Origin: the human T2T-CHM13v2.0 reference genome, Homo sapiens
Reading direction: 5' to 3' (one strand)
Length of the DNA stretch: 64,000 bases
Assembly (NCBI RefSeq): GCF_009914755.1
Contig: NC_060948.1
The position numbers were made by a program, and so were the translations under genes. Of this stretch, positions 1 to 15,537 are shown in pieces. The notes beneath the pieces were generated by a model. That model was not told where the DNA came from. It ran no database searches and saw nothing but the letters and a program-made list of their open reading frames with translations. The first letter of the stretch is position 1. Each line of letters starts with the position of its first letter.

Positions 1-2552
1 CTAGGTCCTGAATGGTATTGCCTAGGTTTTCTTCTAGGGATTTTATGGTTTTTGGTCTAACATTTAAGTCTTTAATCCATCTTAACTTAATTTTTGTATA
101 AGGTGTAAGGAAGGAATCCAGTTTCAGCTTTCTACATATGGCTAGCCAGTTTTCCCAGCACCATTTATTGAATGCGGAATCCTTTCCCCATTTCTTGTCT
201 TTGTCAGGTTTGTCAAAGATCAGATAGTTGTGGATGTGTGGTATTATTTCTGAGGGCTCTGATCTGTTCCAATGGCCTAGATCTCTGTTTTGGTACCAGT
301 ACCATGCTGCTTTGGTTACTGTAGCCTTGTAGTATAGTTTGAAGACAGGTAGCATGATGTCTCCAGCTTTGTTCTTTTGGCTTAGGATTGACTGGGCAAT
401 GCAGTCTCTTTTATGGTTCCATATGAACTTTAAAGTAGTTTTTTCCAATTCTGTGCAGGAAGTCATTGGTAGCTTCATGGGGATGGCATTGAATCTACAA
501 ATTACCTTGGGCAGTATGGCCATTGTCACGATATTGATTCTTCCTATCCATGAGCATGGAATGTTCTTCCATTTGTTTGTGTCCTCTTTTATTTCACTGA
601 GCAGTGGTTTGTAGTTCTACTTGAAGACGTCCTTCACATCCCTTGTAAGTTGGATTCCTAGGTATTTTATTCTCTTTGAAGCAATTGTGAATGACAGTTC
701 ACTCATGATTTGGCTCTCTGTTTGTCTCTTATTGGTGTATAAGAATGCTTGTGATTTTTGCACATTTCTTTTGTGTCCTGAGACTTTGCTGAAGTTGCTG
801 ATCAGCTTAAGGAGATTTTGGGCTGAGATAATGGGGTTTTCTAGATATACAATCATGTCATCTGCACACAGGGACAATTTGACTTCCTCTTTTCCTAATT
901 GAAAATCCTTTATTTCCTTCTCCTGCCTAATTGCCCTGGCCAGAACTTCCAACACCATGTTGAATAGGAGTGGTGAGAGAGGGCATCCCTTTCTTGTGCC
1001 AGTTTTCAAAGGGAATGCTTCCAGTTTTTGCCCATTGAGTATAAGATTGGCTGTGGGTTTTTCATAATTAGCTCTTATTATTTTTAGATACGTCCTGTCA
1101 ATACCTAATTTATTGAGAGTTTTTAGCATGAAGTGCTGTTGAATTTTGTCAAAGACCTTTTCTGCATCTATTGAGATAATCATGTGGTTTTTGCCTTTGT
1201 TTCTTTTCTGTTTATATGCCGGATTACGTGTATTGATTTTCATATGTTGAAACAGCCTTGCATCCCAGGGATGAAGCCCACTTGATCATTGTGGATAAGC
1301 TTTTTGATGTGCTGTTGGATATGGTTTGCCAGTATTTTATTGAGGATTTTTGCATAGATATTCATCAGGGATATTGTTCTAAAATTCTCTTTTTTGGTTG
1401 TGTCTCTGCCAGGCTTTGGTGTTAGGGTGATGTTGGCCTCATAAAATGAGTTAGGGAGGATTTCCTCTTTTTCTATTGATTGGACTAGTTTCAGAAGGAA
1501 TGGTACCAGCTCCTCCTTGCACCTCTGGTAGAATTCGGCTGTGAATCCATCTGGTCCTGGACTTTTTTTTGTTGGTAAGCTGTTAATTATTGCCTCAAAT
1601 TCAGAGCCTATTATTGGTCTATTCAGAGATTCAACTTCTTCCCGGTTTAGTCTTGGGAGGGTGTATGTGTCAAGGAATTTATCAATTTCTTCTAGATTTT
1701 CTAGTTTATTTGCCTAGAGGTGTTTGTAGTATTCTCTGAAGGTAGTTTGTATTTCTGTGGGATCAGTTGTGATATCCCCTTTATCATTTTTTATTGCATC
1801 TATTTGATTCTTCTCTCTTTTCTTCTTTATTAGTCTTGCTAGTGGTCTATCAGTTTTGTTGATCTTTTCAGAAAACCAGCTCCTGGAATCATTGGTTTTT
1901 TGAAAGGCTTTTTATGTCTCTATCTCCTTCAATTCTGCTCTGACCTTAGTTATTTCTTGCCTTCTGCTAGTTTTTGAATGTGTTTGCTCTTGCTTCTCTA
2001 GTTCTTTTAATTGTGATGTTAGGGTGTCAATTTTAGATCTTTCCTGCTTTCTCTTGTGGGCATATAGTGCTATAAATATCCATCTACACACTGCTTTAAA
2101 TGTGTCCCAGAGATTCTGGTATGTTGTGTGTTTGTTCTCATTAGTCTCAAGGTACAACTTTATTTCTGACTTCATTTCGTTAGGTACCCAGTAGTCATTC
2201 AGGAGCAGGTTGTTCAGTTTCCATGTAATTGAGAGGTTTTGAGTGAGTTTCTTAATCCTGAGTTCTAGTTTGATTGCACTGTGGTCTGAGAGACATTTTG
2301 TTATAATTTCTGTTTTTTTACATTTGCTGAGGTGTGCTTTACTTCCAACTATATGGTTGATTTTGGAATGGTTGGGGTGTGGTTCTGAGAAGAACGTATA
2401 TTCTGTTGATTTGGGGTGGAGAGTTCTGTAGACATCTATTAGGTCCGCCTGGTGCAGAGCTGAATTCAATTCCTACAATAATAACAGGAGACTTTAACAC
2501 CCCACTGTCAACATTAGGCAGATCAATGAGACAGAAAGTTAACAAGGATACC
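1..2552 (-). mobile_element. LINE-1 (L1PA4/5-like), 5'-truncated within ORF2 with a 78-bp 5' inversion; 3' part lies outside the window
   Basis: Minus-strand ORF fragments 617..1243 (RT: [12 protein letters not shown]...ADDMIVYL) and 1912..2469 (EN: HQADLID...SDHSAIKL) match L1 ORF2p with stops and frameshifts. 2475-2552 is plus-strand L1 sequence that in L1 lies immediately upstream of the junction. Confidence 0.95.
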
Positions 2553-3355
2553 TTCAATTTCTTTAATGATTTTATGGAATTGCTATTTTACATTCTCCTG
2601 TCTTTATCTCTACATGTTCAATTAGAAAATCCTCAGTGAATACTTTTCAGTATGATAGAGAAAATATTGTGCAATTAATTACTGATAGATACACAGTGAA
2701 GTAATTTCTGGTTTTCATTTGGTGCTCTCACACTGAGGATAGAAAAGTCTTGGTTGTAATCTTACATGCTGAGGAGTTCTACTATGCTGTTTTCTTTTGC
2801 TCTGTGATCTACTGTCACAGTTGTTTGAACTTGCCACTGAAAAAAGTGGGAAATTGTTTCCCTCATGTCTACTCATCTCCCTTTCATAGGTTTTCTGGTG
2901 GTGCATTGTCTAGATGGCTTAGTAGCTCATGATCACAGAGGTCATATTTGACAAGAGAAAGCTTTGTTGCTCCAGGACTAAGTGAAGGTGTTTACCACCT
3001 AGTGCCTAAGGTTTCTCCAGAGCCACGATGGAGCTTAAAAACCATTACTGAAACCAGAAAGTGATGGCAGACATTGAGGGCTGCCCAGAGTAGAAAGCAA
3101 AATGCTCCCTTTTGCTTTACAAGTGGTCACTGCTTATTTGGTCATTAATGTTGCTTCTGACCATGACGTGTTTCTTGTTCATCTTTCTTGGTATTCCACT
3201 GAAGGTGCATCTAAGGAAACGAGCCCTGTGTGATAGTGGTAAAGAGAACAACTGCATCCTTCTGTAGCTGATGCCTTGTTGAGCTTTGAAGCACATTGAG
3301 AAGAATCTGAAATCCTTCCTCATTATGGGGTAAGTTGTGTCAAATTTGACTCCCA

Positions 3356-4109
3356 TGTAAATGGCAGCAGGTTCACGATGTCAAAGAAGAAACTCAGAAT
3401 CAGTAAATAGGATATGGAGTTTTACTGGCGACTTACATAGAGGGGAGAAAGTCCAGTGTCAGTGGGCTTAGCAGGATAACCACGTCCACTTGGAAAAAGC
3501 ATGCAGTGTGCATAGCATATTTATTAAGCACATTTTTTCTGAACAATCTTTTATCTGTTGTCCTTCATTTAACAAAAAATAAGGGCCTCAGTCCCCTGTG
3601 TGGCCTACTCCATACCACAGCATGGGAGAGAGCAAAGGCTCAGACTTTCCTCATAGATAAAGAGTAATCTCCAGGTTGGCCACTACTAGATTTTTTTTTT
3701 TTTTTTTTTTGAAATGAAGTTTCACTCTTGTTGCCCAGGCTGGAGGGTGTTTGCACAATCTCAGCTCACCGAAACCTCCGCCTCACAGGTTCAAGTGATT
3801 CCTCTGCCTCAGCCTTCTGAGTAGCTAGGATGACAAGCATTTGCCATGATACCTGGCTAATTTTGTATTTTTAGTAGAGACCAGGATTCTTCATGTTGAT
3901 AAGGTGGTTCTTGAACTCCTGACCTCAGATGATCCATCTGATTTGGCCTCCCAAACTGCTGGGAGTACAGGCCTGACCCACTGCAGCTGGCCAGGCCACT
4001 AGTAGATTTTTAGCTTGAAACTCTGAACACTCAGAAACATTTTTTATATAAGATCAGTCTTCAGGTATGTGCAAGACAAGTTACCACTGTCAGTTGCATC
4101 CATCATACA
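3356..4109 (-). mobile_element. Old ERV solo LTR (MER93-like), interrupted by an Alu
   Basis: Bounded by TG (tgtaa, 3356) and CA (catcataca, 4109); ~440 bp after removing the Alu. Resembles my recollection of MER93-type LTRs common in KZNF clusters. Family name and strand are tentative. Confidence 0.5.
3694..3992 (-). mobile_element. Alu (AluSp/Sq-like)
   Basis: Poly-T 3691-3710, dimeric Alu body, diagnostic 'tttcactcttgttgccc' and 'ctcaccg'. TSD ggccacta(c/g)tagattt at 3678-3693 and 3994-4009. Confidence 0.93.
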
Positions 4110-6631
4110 GGCTGGTCCAGGCAGTGGAGGTTCTTCTTCCTGAGAATCTAGATTCAAACTTTTTTTTTCCTTTTTCTTGAATCCTTGGATTAACAGGAGT
4201 TTATCTAAAAAGCCTGATGTGTGTGCACATTGCTGGTATGGTTTTCTAAGTAAATGAGATGGCTTCTTACTTGGTAGGGTTTGTTCCTGTTACAGGTGTG
4301 TTCAGGCTGCTGAGGTGCCCATTCTCAAGATTTTCACTGGACATTCTGGGGTCCCAGTTCAAGTATTTTCCAATGTGAGTCAAGGTGAACCAGAGCCTGA
4401 AATTTTGGTTCAGTGTGGCCAGGCTGAGGCTGCCCTTTTAAAGGGAGAAATGTCAGGTTTGTGTCTTATTTTCCTTGTCATTTTAACATATCTTTTGGAA
4501 TGGAGACCAGAAAAGAATCTGGATATTTGACAGCCCTCCTCCTAGATCTGGTACTATCTATACATGACTCTTAAGTGTCAACGTAGTTTGAGAGATCTCT
4601 CTTCCTGGAATAGCCTGAGTAGCCTAAAGAACAATGATCCTTGATGCTTGGCTCATGTGGTCTTCAGAGGAATTTCAAAAACCATAGAATTTGGAGGGTA
4701 GAGAAAGAGCTGTTACAAGTGATATGTTGCAGATGAAATAACTGGAGGCACGAAGTAAATGGGACCTGCTTGGAATGGTACACACACTGCCTGAGTGCAG
4801 TTGAACAGTCAAGCCAGTTCTCTGATTTGGGCCTACACTCACAATGAAGAGGAATATTTTTCCTCAAGGGAAGCCCAGGGGTTCTGAGGATTATGGGTGC
4901 CAGTGAAGAAAAAATGTGATGCCTCAGCCTAGTGCTTTTGCTGCTCCTGGCTTGTGACTTTGGGGATTCAATTTTCTCATTAGAGACATGGGCAATGGAA
5001 GTCACTCAGTGACTGGCTGCTCACCCAAGTTTTACCAGGCCACTACCCAGTGCGCACCCTGGAGTTCCAGGTACAGCTTGTGGTTCAAAAGGCTGGGGGA
5101 TCTCTTGGGTGAGTTGAGGGCTTTGAGGGGGTTCTCCCACTCAGGGACCACTCATACCTACCCTTGTGTGCCCATCTGACAGCTCAGCATGTCTGCTGTA
5201 TGCCACCCTTACTTTCTGCTCTGGCCAAGCCCATGTCTCCCCGGATTGGCTAGGGGCACTTGCTCACTAAGTCCCAGGTGACCTGTCCGTCCTTCCTCCA
5301 ATGCACATCTTCAGGCAGGTGTCACCCAAATTTCCTCCTAGAGTGTGATCTCTGTGGGTTAGAGCAGCACATTCTGCTACAGCTTATTGACGAGTTACTA
5401 AATCACTGAATTTTCCAAGAAGAATGTGATCCTTGACACTCTTGATCTCCTTCTAGGGGGGCTGCACTTGTGGTTGCCATCCTGATTTCTTTGTGGAAAT
5501 ACCTAGTGGGTGAGGAAGGACTCAAGGACCGGGAACATGACAGAGCACCTAGGCTGACCTACCACGTGGCCCTCTGAGATCACTGCTGGCAGGAGTGTTT
5601 CATGGAGCTCCAGGCCCCTATTCTAAGATGCTTGCCCATAGCCCCTTCCGTGACTTCCAGGAAAGGTCTACTCTTTTAGCAAGCTGCACCCACTGGTCTC
5701 TAGGAGACAAGTATTCATTTACCTTTGTGTAAGTCACCTTCTGCTTCATTTCTATTAAATGTTCTCCTGGAAAAAAATGCCTAAGGAATGCTGGGTCTGT
5801 GCTGGAGCTTCTCTAAGTGCCAAAATCAGTAAGACGGTCTCAAAGATATAATTAATAGCACTTTCTACACAATATCTCAGGTTACTTTTGACCAATAATG
5901 TGTAAAACTAATACTATCCTTTCATTCTTCATATTACTTTATTTAGGTCATCATACAAACATTTCATTTTCTTGAAATTTTTTATGCCAATTATTGTATT
6001 TTCTCTACTTTGTTCTAATTGCTACCATTTTAGATGCAAAATTTTAGTAATATAATATGCTGCATAAAGGCTAATAGGTGATCACAACTTATTTAAACTG
6101 TAATTAGATTTCTTAAGTAAATAATTTCAGAAAACTGAGTTTATATTATTTGTATGAATTATTTTACATCTTATCCTCTATCTTAAGAAAATTTTAGCTG
6201 CATATGCAATTCAAAATTGGCAGATTTTTTAAATAGGCAACTTTAAAACATTTCATTGAATATGTTTGGTAATACAATTCTAAAATATTTTATTTTAGAA
6301 ACCAACACACTTGACAGTTGATATTCATATTATCTATGAAAGTAACATTATGAACATGCTTTTATAGTTTCCCAAAAGAAGAAAAAAGTCTATTCTGGTC
6401 TTCAGTAGTAAAACTTAAAGATTATGGAAATGAGATTAAATTTATTCACTAAAATACTTACAAAAACTGAGATTCATTAACTTGTTCTTTATTATTTACT
6501 ATATGATAATGAACAGATTATAAGATGTTCAGAATTTGCTTCATTATAGAAATAAAGCCAAACATCTCTTTGAAAGAATCATTACAATTAAACAGAAGAA
6601 ACCTATCATTTATATTATTTTAAAAATCACT

Positions 6632-7533
6632 GGAGGAGCCAAGATGGCCGAATAGGAACAGCTCCGGTCTACAGCTCCCAGGGTGAGTGAAGCAGAAGAT
6701 GGTGATTTCTGCATTTCCATCTGAGGTACCCAGTTCATCTCACTAGGGAGTGCCAGACAGTGGGCGCAGGTCAGTGGGTGCGCGCACCATGTGCAAGCCG
6801 AAGCAGGGCCAGGCATTGCCTCACTTGGGAAGTACAAGGGGTCAGGGAGTTCTCTTTCTGAGTCAAAGAAAGGGGTGATGGACGCACCTGAAAACTCGGG
6901 TTACTCCCACCAGAATACTGCTCTTTTCTGACCGGCTTAAGAAACGGCACACCACGAGATTATATCCCACACCTGGCTCAGAGGGTCCTATGCCCACGGA
7001 GTCTTGCTGATTGCTAGCACAGCAGTCTGAGATCAAACTGCAAGGTGGCAGCGAGGCTGGAGGAGGGGCGCCCGACATTGCCCAGGCTTGCTTAGGTAAA
7101 CAAAGCAGCAGGGAAGCTCGAACTGGGTGGAGCCCACCACAGCTCAAGGAGGCCTGCCTGCCTCTGTAGGCTCCACCTCTAGGGGCAGGGCACAGACAAA
7201 CAAAAAGACAGCAGTAACCTCTGCAGACTTAAATGTCCCTGTCTGACAGCTTTGAAGAGAGCAGTGGTTCTCCCAGCAAGCAGCTGGAGATCTGAGAAGG
7301 GGCAGACTGCCTCCTCAAGTGGGTCCCTGACCCCTGACCCCTGAGCAGCCTAACTGGGAGGCACCCCCCAGCAGGGGCACACTGACACCTCACACGGCAG
7401 GGTATTCCAACAGAACTGCAGCTGAGGGTCCTGTCTGTTAGAAGGAAAACTAACAAACAGAAAGGACATCCACACCAAAAACCCATCTGTACATCACCAT
7501 CATCAAAGACCAAAAGTAGATAAAACCACAAAG
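6632..7533 (+). promoter_or_regulatory. L1 5'UTR internal sense promoter and antisense promoter
   Basis: Complete ~900-bp 5'UTR with intact YY1 motif (ccaagatggccg) and residual CpGs. Promoter function is from established L1 knowledge; activity here is unknown. Confidence 0.7.
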
Positions 7534-8543
7534 ATGGGGAAAAAACAGAACAGAAAAACTGGAAACTCTAAAAAGCAGAGCGCCTCTCCTCCTCCAAAGG
7601 AACGCAGTTCCTCACCAGCAACGGAACAAAGCTGGATGGAGAATGACTTTGACGAGCTGAGAGAAGAAGGCTTCAGACGATCAAATTAATCTGAGCTACA
7701 GGAGGACATTCAAACCAAAGGCAAAGAAGTTGAAAACTTGAAAAAAAATTAGGAGAATGTATAACTAGAATAACCAATACAGAGAAGTGCTTAAAGGAGC
7801 TGATGGAGCTGAAAACCAAGGCTCAAGAACTACATGAAGAATGCAGAAGCCTCAGGAGCCGGTGCGATCAACTGAAAGAAAGGGTATCAGCGATGGAAGA
7901 TGAAATGACTGAAATGAAGTGAGAAGGGAAGTTTAGAGAAAAAAGAATAAAAAGAAATGAACAAAGCCTCCAAGAAATATGCGACTATATGAAAAGACCA
8001 AATCTATGTCTGATTGGTGTACCTGAAAGTGACAGGGAGAATGGAACCAAGCTGGAAAACACTCTGCAGGATATTATCCAGGAGAACTTCCCCAATCTAG
8101 CAAGGCAGGCCAATGTTCAGATTCAGGAAATACAGAGAACACCACAAAGATACTCCTCAAGAAGAGCAAGACACATAATTGTCAGATTCACCAAAGTTGA
8201 AACAAAGGAAAAAATGTTAAGGGCAGCCAGAGAGAAAGGTCGGGTTACCCTCAAAGGGAAGCCCATCAGACCAAGAGTGGATCTCTCGGCAGAAACCCTA
8301 CAAGCCAGAAGATAGTGAGGGCCAATATTCAACATTCTTAAAGAAAAGAATTTACAAACCAGAATTTCATATCCAGCCAAACTAAGCTTCATAAGCGAAG
8401 GAGAAATAAAATACTTTACAGACAAGCAAATGCTGAAAGATTTTGTCACCACTAGACCTGCCCTAAAAGAGCTCCTGAAGGAAGCGCTAAACATTCAAAG
8501 GAACAACAAGAACCAGCCACTGGAAAATCATGTCAAAATGTAA
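7534..8543 (+). pseudogene. L1 ORF1p, disrupted
   Basis: ATG GGG AAA AAA CAG at 7534, premature TAA near 7688, fragment 7989..8315 (KRPNL..IGVPE..ENFPNLARQA), stop TAA at 8541. Confidence 0.93.
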
Positions 8544-8606
8544 AGACCATCAAGACTAGGAAGAAACTGTATCGACTAACGAGCAAAATAACCAGCTAAC
8601 ATCATA

Positions 8607-12432
<3,826 letters not shown>

Positions 12433-12956
12433 ACAATGAGATCACATGGACACAGGAAGGGGAATATCACAGTCTGGGGACTGTGGTGGGGTGGGGGGAG
12501 GGGGGAGGGATAGCATTGGGAGATATACCTAATGCTAGATGACGAGTTAGTGGGTGCAGTGCACCAGCATGGCATATGTATACATATGTAACTAACCTGC
12601 ACAATGTGCACATGGACCCTAAAACTTAAAGTATAATAAAAAAAAATCACCAATTTATATTAAAAAAAAAAAAACTTACTGGATTTTACTTCTGGCAGAA
12701 GCAGGTTTTCTTAGTACCTGGTGCAATGAAACCAGCCTTCATATGTCACATAATTGCCCAAAATTTACCCTGAACAGAAGGCTGATTCTGCCAGTTTCTA
12801 AGAAGAGCTATGATTCTAAGAGGCCAGGACAGCAGGGCAGAAATAAAATATCCTTTGTTTATAACAAATGTTTGGTATTATTATTCCATATCACACAGTT
12901 TTTCTATCCTCAGAGAAATTAAGTTGAGGATAGGATGTGTCAAGATCTAGAATCAA

Positions 12957-13246
12957 GGCTTGGCGTGGTGGCTGACACGTGTAATCCCAGCAGTTTGGGA
13001 GGCTGAGATGGGCAAATCAGAAGGTCAGGAGATCAACCATTTTGTCTAACAATGGTGAAACCCCGTCTCTACTAAAAACACAAAAAAATTAGCCAGGCAT
13101 GGCAGTGGGCACATGTAGTCCCATCTACTTAGGAGGCTGATGCAGAAGAATCAATTTAACCCAGGAGGTGGAGGTTGTAGTGCACTGAGATCACACCACT
13201 GTACTCCAGTGTGGGTGGCAGAGCAAGACTCCATTAAAAAAAAAAA
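12957..13246 (+). mobile_element. Alu (AluSc-like)
   Basis: Dimeric Alu with short 'cagaaggtcaggagatc' and poly-A. TSD approximately aa(g/a)atc(t/c)agaatcaa on both sides. Confidence 0.92.
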
Positions 13247-15180
13247 TCCAGAATCAAATGTAAAAAAAATGGCCTAGTAATTTTGTCTAAGACACAATAT
13301 AGAGTTGGGAGATTAAAATCATATTTTGCTAATCTAAAGGGAAAGGGTTTCGGGAATTTTAGGTTTTGATACCTGTGGTGCACAGTATTGACATGTATTA
13401 GCCATTCCAGGTTTGATTAAATAGACATGCCCTCTACCTCACTCAGTAGATGTTTAAAGGTAGAAATGCAATTTAAAAATTTTACAAGATTTTAACTTAG
13501 TTTTTATAGTATGTCCAACTCTATAATTTGTTTCAATTGTGAGAGTCAACTGTGCAGCAGTGGTACAATTTTGTTCACTTCATATGCAGAATTCATGTCA
13601 TACTATAGACATTTTTATTTTCATCTGAGTCTACTGGCTAATTTCAAGAAGAATATTTATTTCTAATTATGTAGCTTCTATTATATAGCTAGTATTATCT
13701 TGTTTACTTCATGTATATGCCAAAAGGACCTCATGACTTAATAAATGTTCAACTATTAATTTGAATAAATTGGCCTAATAAGTTTAATAAACTCAATTAT
13801 ATCAAGTTCATAATGTAAAATGAACAATAAATAAAAATTGGATTAAATAGCATTCTCAAATTGAAATAAAATAAAAAATGTACTAAATAAATAGCATACA
13901 ATAATACACACACCATGAAATTACATGTAAAAATTATTTTGTGAAGATCATTAAATTTTATCAAAGTCACATTCATCATCTCTGAGAAAATTATACAAGG
14001 AATGCTTTATGAAATTAGACTAAAATAAATGTATATATTATGTCTATAGTGAGCAACAAGCAAACAGACAAAAAAAGGAGAATGTGCACAAGATGTTTCT
14101 AAGACAAGAGCAATAACATTTTTGGTAAACGGGATTAATACAAGGCAGAGAAAATAGATTTGCTTTCAAAATCTTTGAAGTTTCCGGTTTGCTGGTAAGT
14201 TATCAAGACATGTAAAATTATGTGTTTTATTCTAATATTTTTCTTTGCTTCTCAAAGTAGGTACACAATCACAAACAAATATGAGTATTCTCTATAGAGC
14301 TGTTACATACAAAGTTTATTTTACAGTGATTTGTCTGTATATTTACATCCATTTAAATAAAAAATAAAGGTATGAATATGTTTAGCAGACCAGAGAAGTC
14401 ATCAGTTAAAAAAAAGAAGTAGGATAAAATTTTGCAAATAGTTGTTCAGAATTCAGAATTAAAGCATATAGGTCTATTATATTCCAAATCTTCATAACAA
14501 CCATCACAATAATCTGTAGTTACAAGAAAAACAAAAATATAAATTGTAGGAACCATATTCTTCAAATTATTTTAAGTTAAAGACCACTGACAAAGGAATC
14601 ATGAGAGATATTATTTCAGTGTAATTCTATAGAATATAGTTACCATCTGTTACCTACAACCATGGGTAAAATGGGATAAGTAACATCAGTGGCAAGATAA
14701 AAATTCAATGTAAAGTAGCATTATTACATTCACAAATATTTTCTTCAATTAAAAAAATTAAGTTTACACATTGCCATTAAAAAGGCATTTTGAAATTCAC
14801 TGTATTTTAATTATCTTAATCTGCAAATGGTAAAGCAATTTCCTTCTAAAATCCAAATTGTTTCTCTTACTATGCAGAATATTATTCTGGTTACTTTTCA
14901 CACTCCTATCATCCTGTCACTTATGATACTGCACTTATGATACCCAACCACTAAGTAGACTTTCCACTTAGAATTTCTTCATGTATCTTAGATTTCAGTT
15001 TTCTTAATCTTCCATATGAAAGTATATAAATCTGTCAATCTAATATAGAAGAACCTCTCTTAAATCTAGTGCAGGGACCATTGACCATGCTCTTTCACAT
15101 AAATTCTAGAAATGAACACACAGCTTCAAATATAAGACTTAAATTCCATCAATAGTTGCTTTTGAAAAAATATTAAATTT

Positions 15181-15493
15181 TTATTTGTTTGTTATGAGAG
15201 AAAGTTTCACCCTGTTGCCATGCTGGACTGCAGTGTGTGATCTTGGCTCACTGCAACCTCCACTTCCTGCATTCAAGCAATCCTCCTGCCTTAGACTCCT
15301 GAGTACCTGGAACTACAGGTGTGCACCACCATGCTCAAAAGTTTTTTTTGTTTTGTTTTGTTTTTGTTTGTTTTTTGTAGATATGGGGTTTCACCATGTT
15401 GGCCAGAATGGTTTTGATTTCTTGACCTCATGATCTATCCACCTTGACCTCCCCAAATCCTGGGATTACACACATGAGCCTCTGTGCCCAGCT
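15181..15493 (-). mobile_element. Alu (AluSc-like) with (TTTTG)n-expanded middle linker
   Basis: Reverse-complement Alu; 'ttgcca-tgctgg' and 'gacctcatgatc' are Sc-type; linker at ~15342-15377. Confidence 0.9.
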
Positions 15494-15537
15494 TAAATTA
15501 TTTTCATATAAAAAAGTAGGTTTCTTTTAGAGGAAAG

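Noticed and set aside
2640-2945. Possible TRIM60-type pseudogene remnant (minus-strand 'SKRKQ...LFYPQCESTK'); such pseudogenes often neighbour ZNF736 pseudogenes
   Set aside because: Similarity by eye is too weak and no recognisable RING or B-box cysteine pattern is present; a tBLASTn search would be needed.
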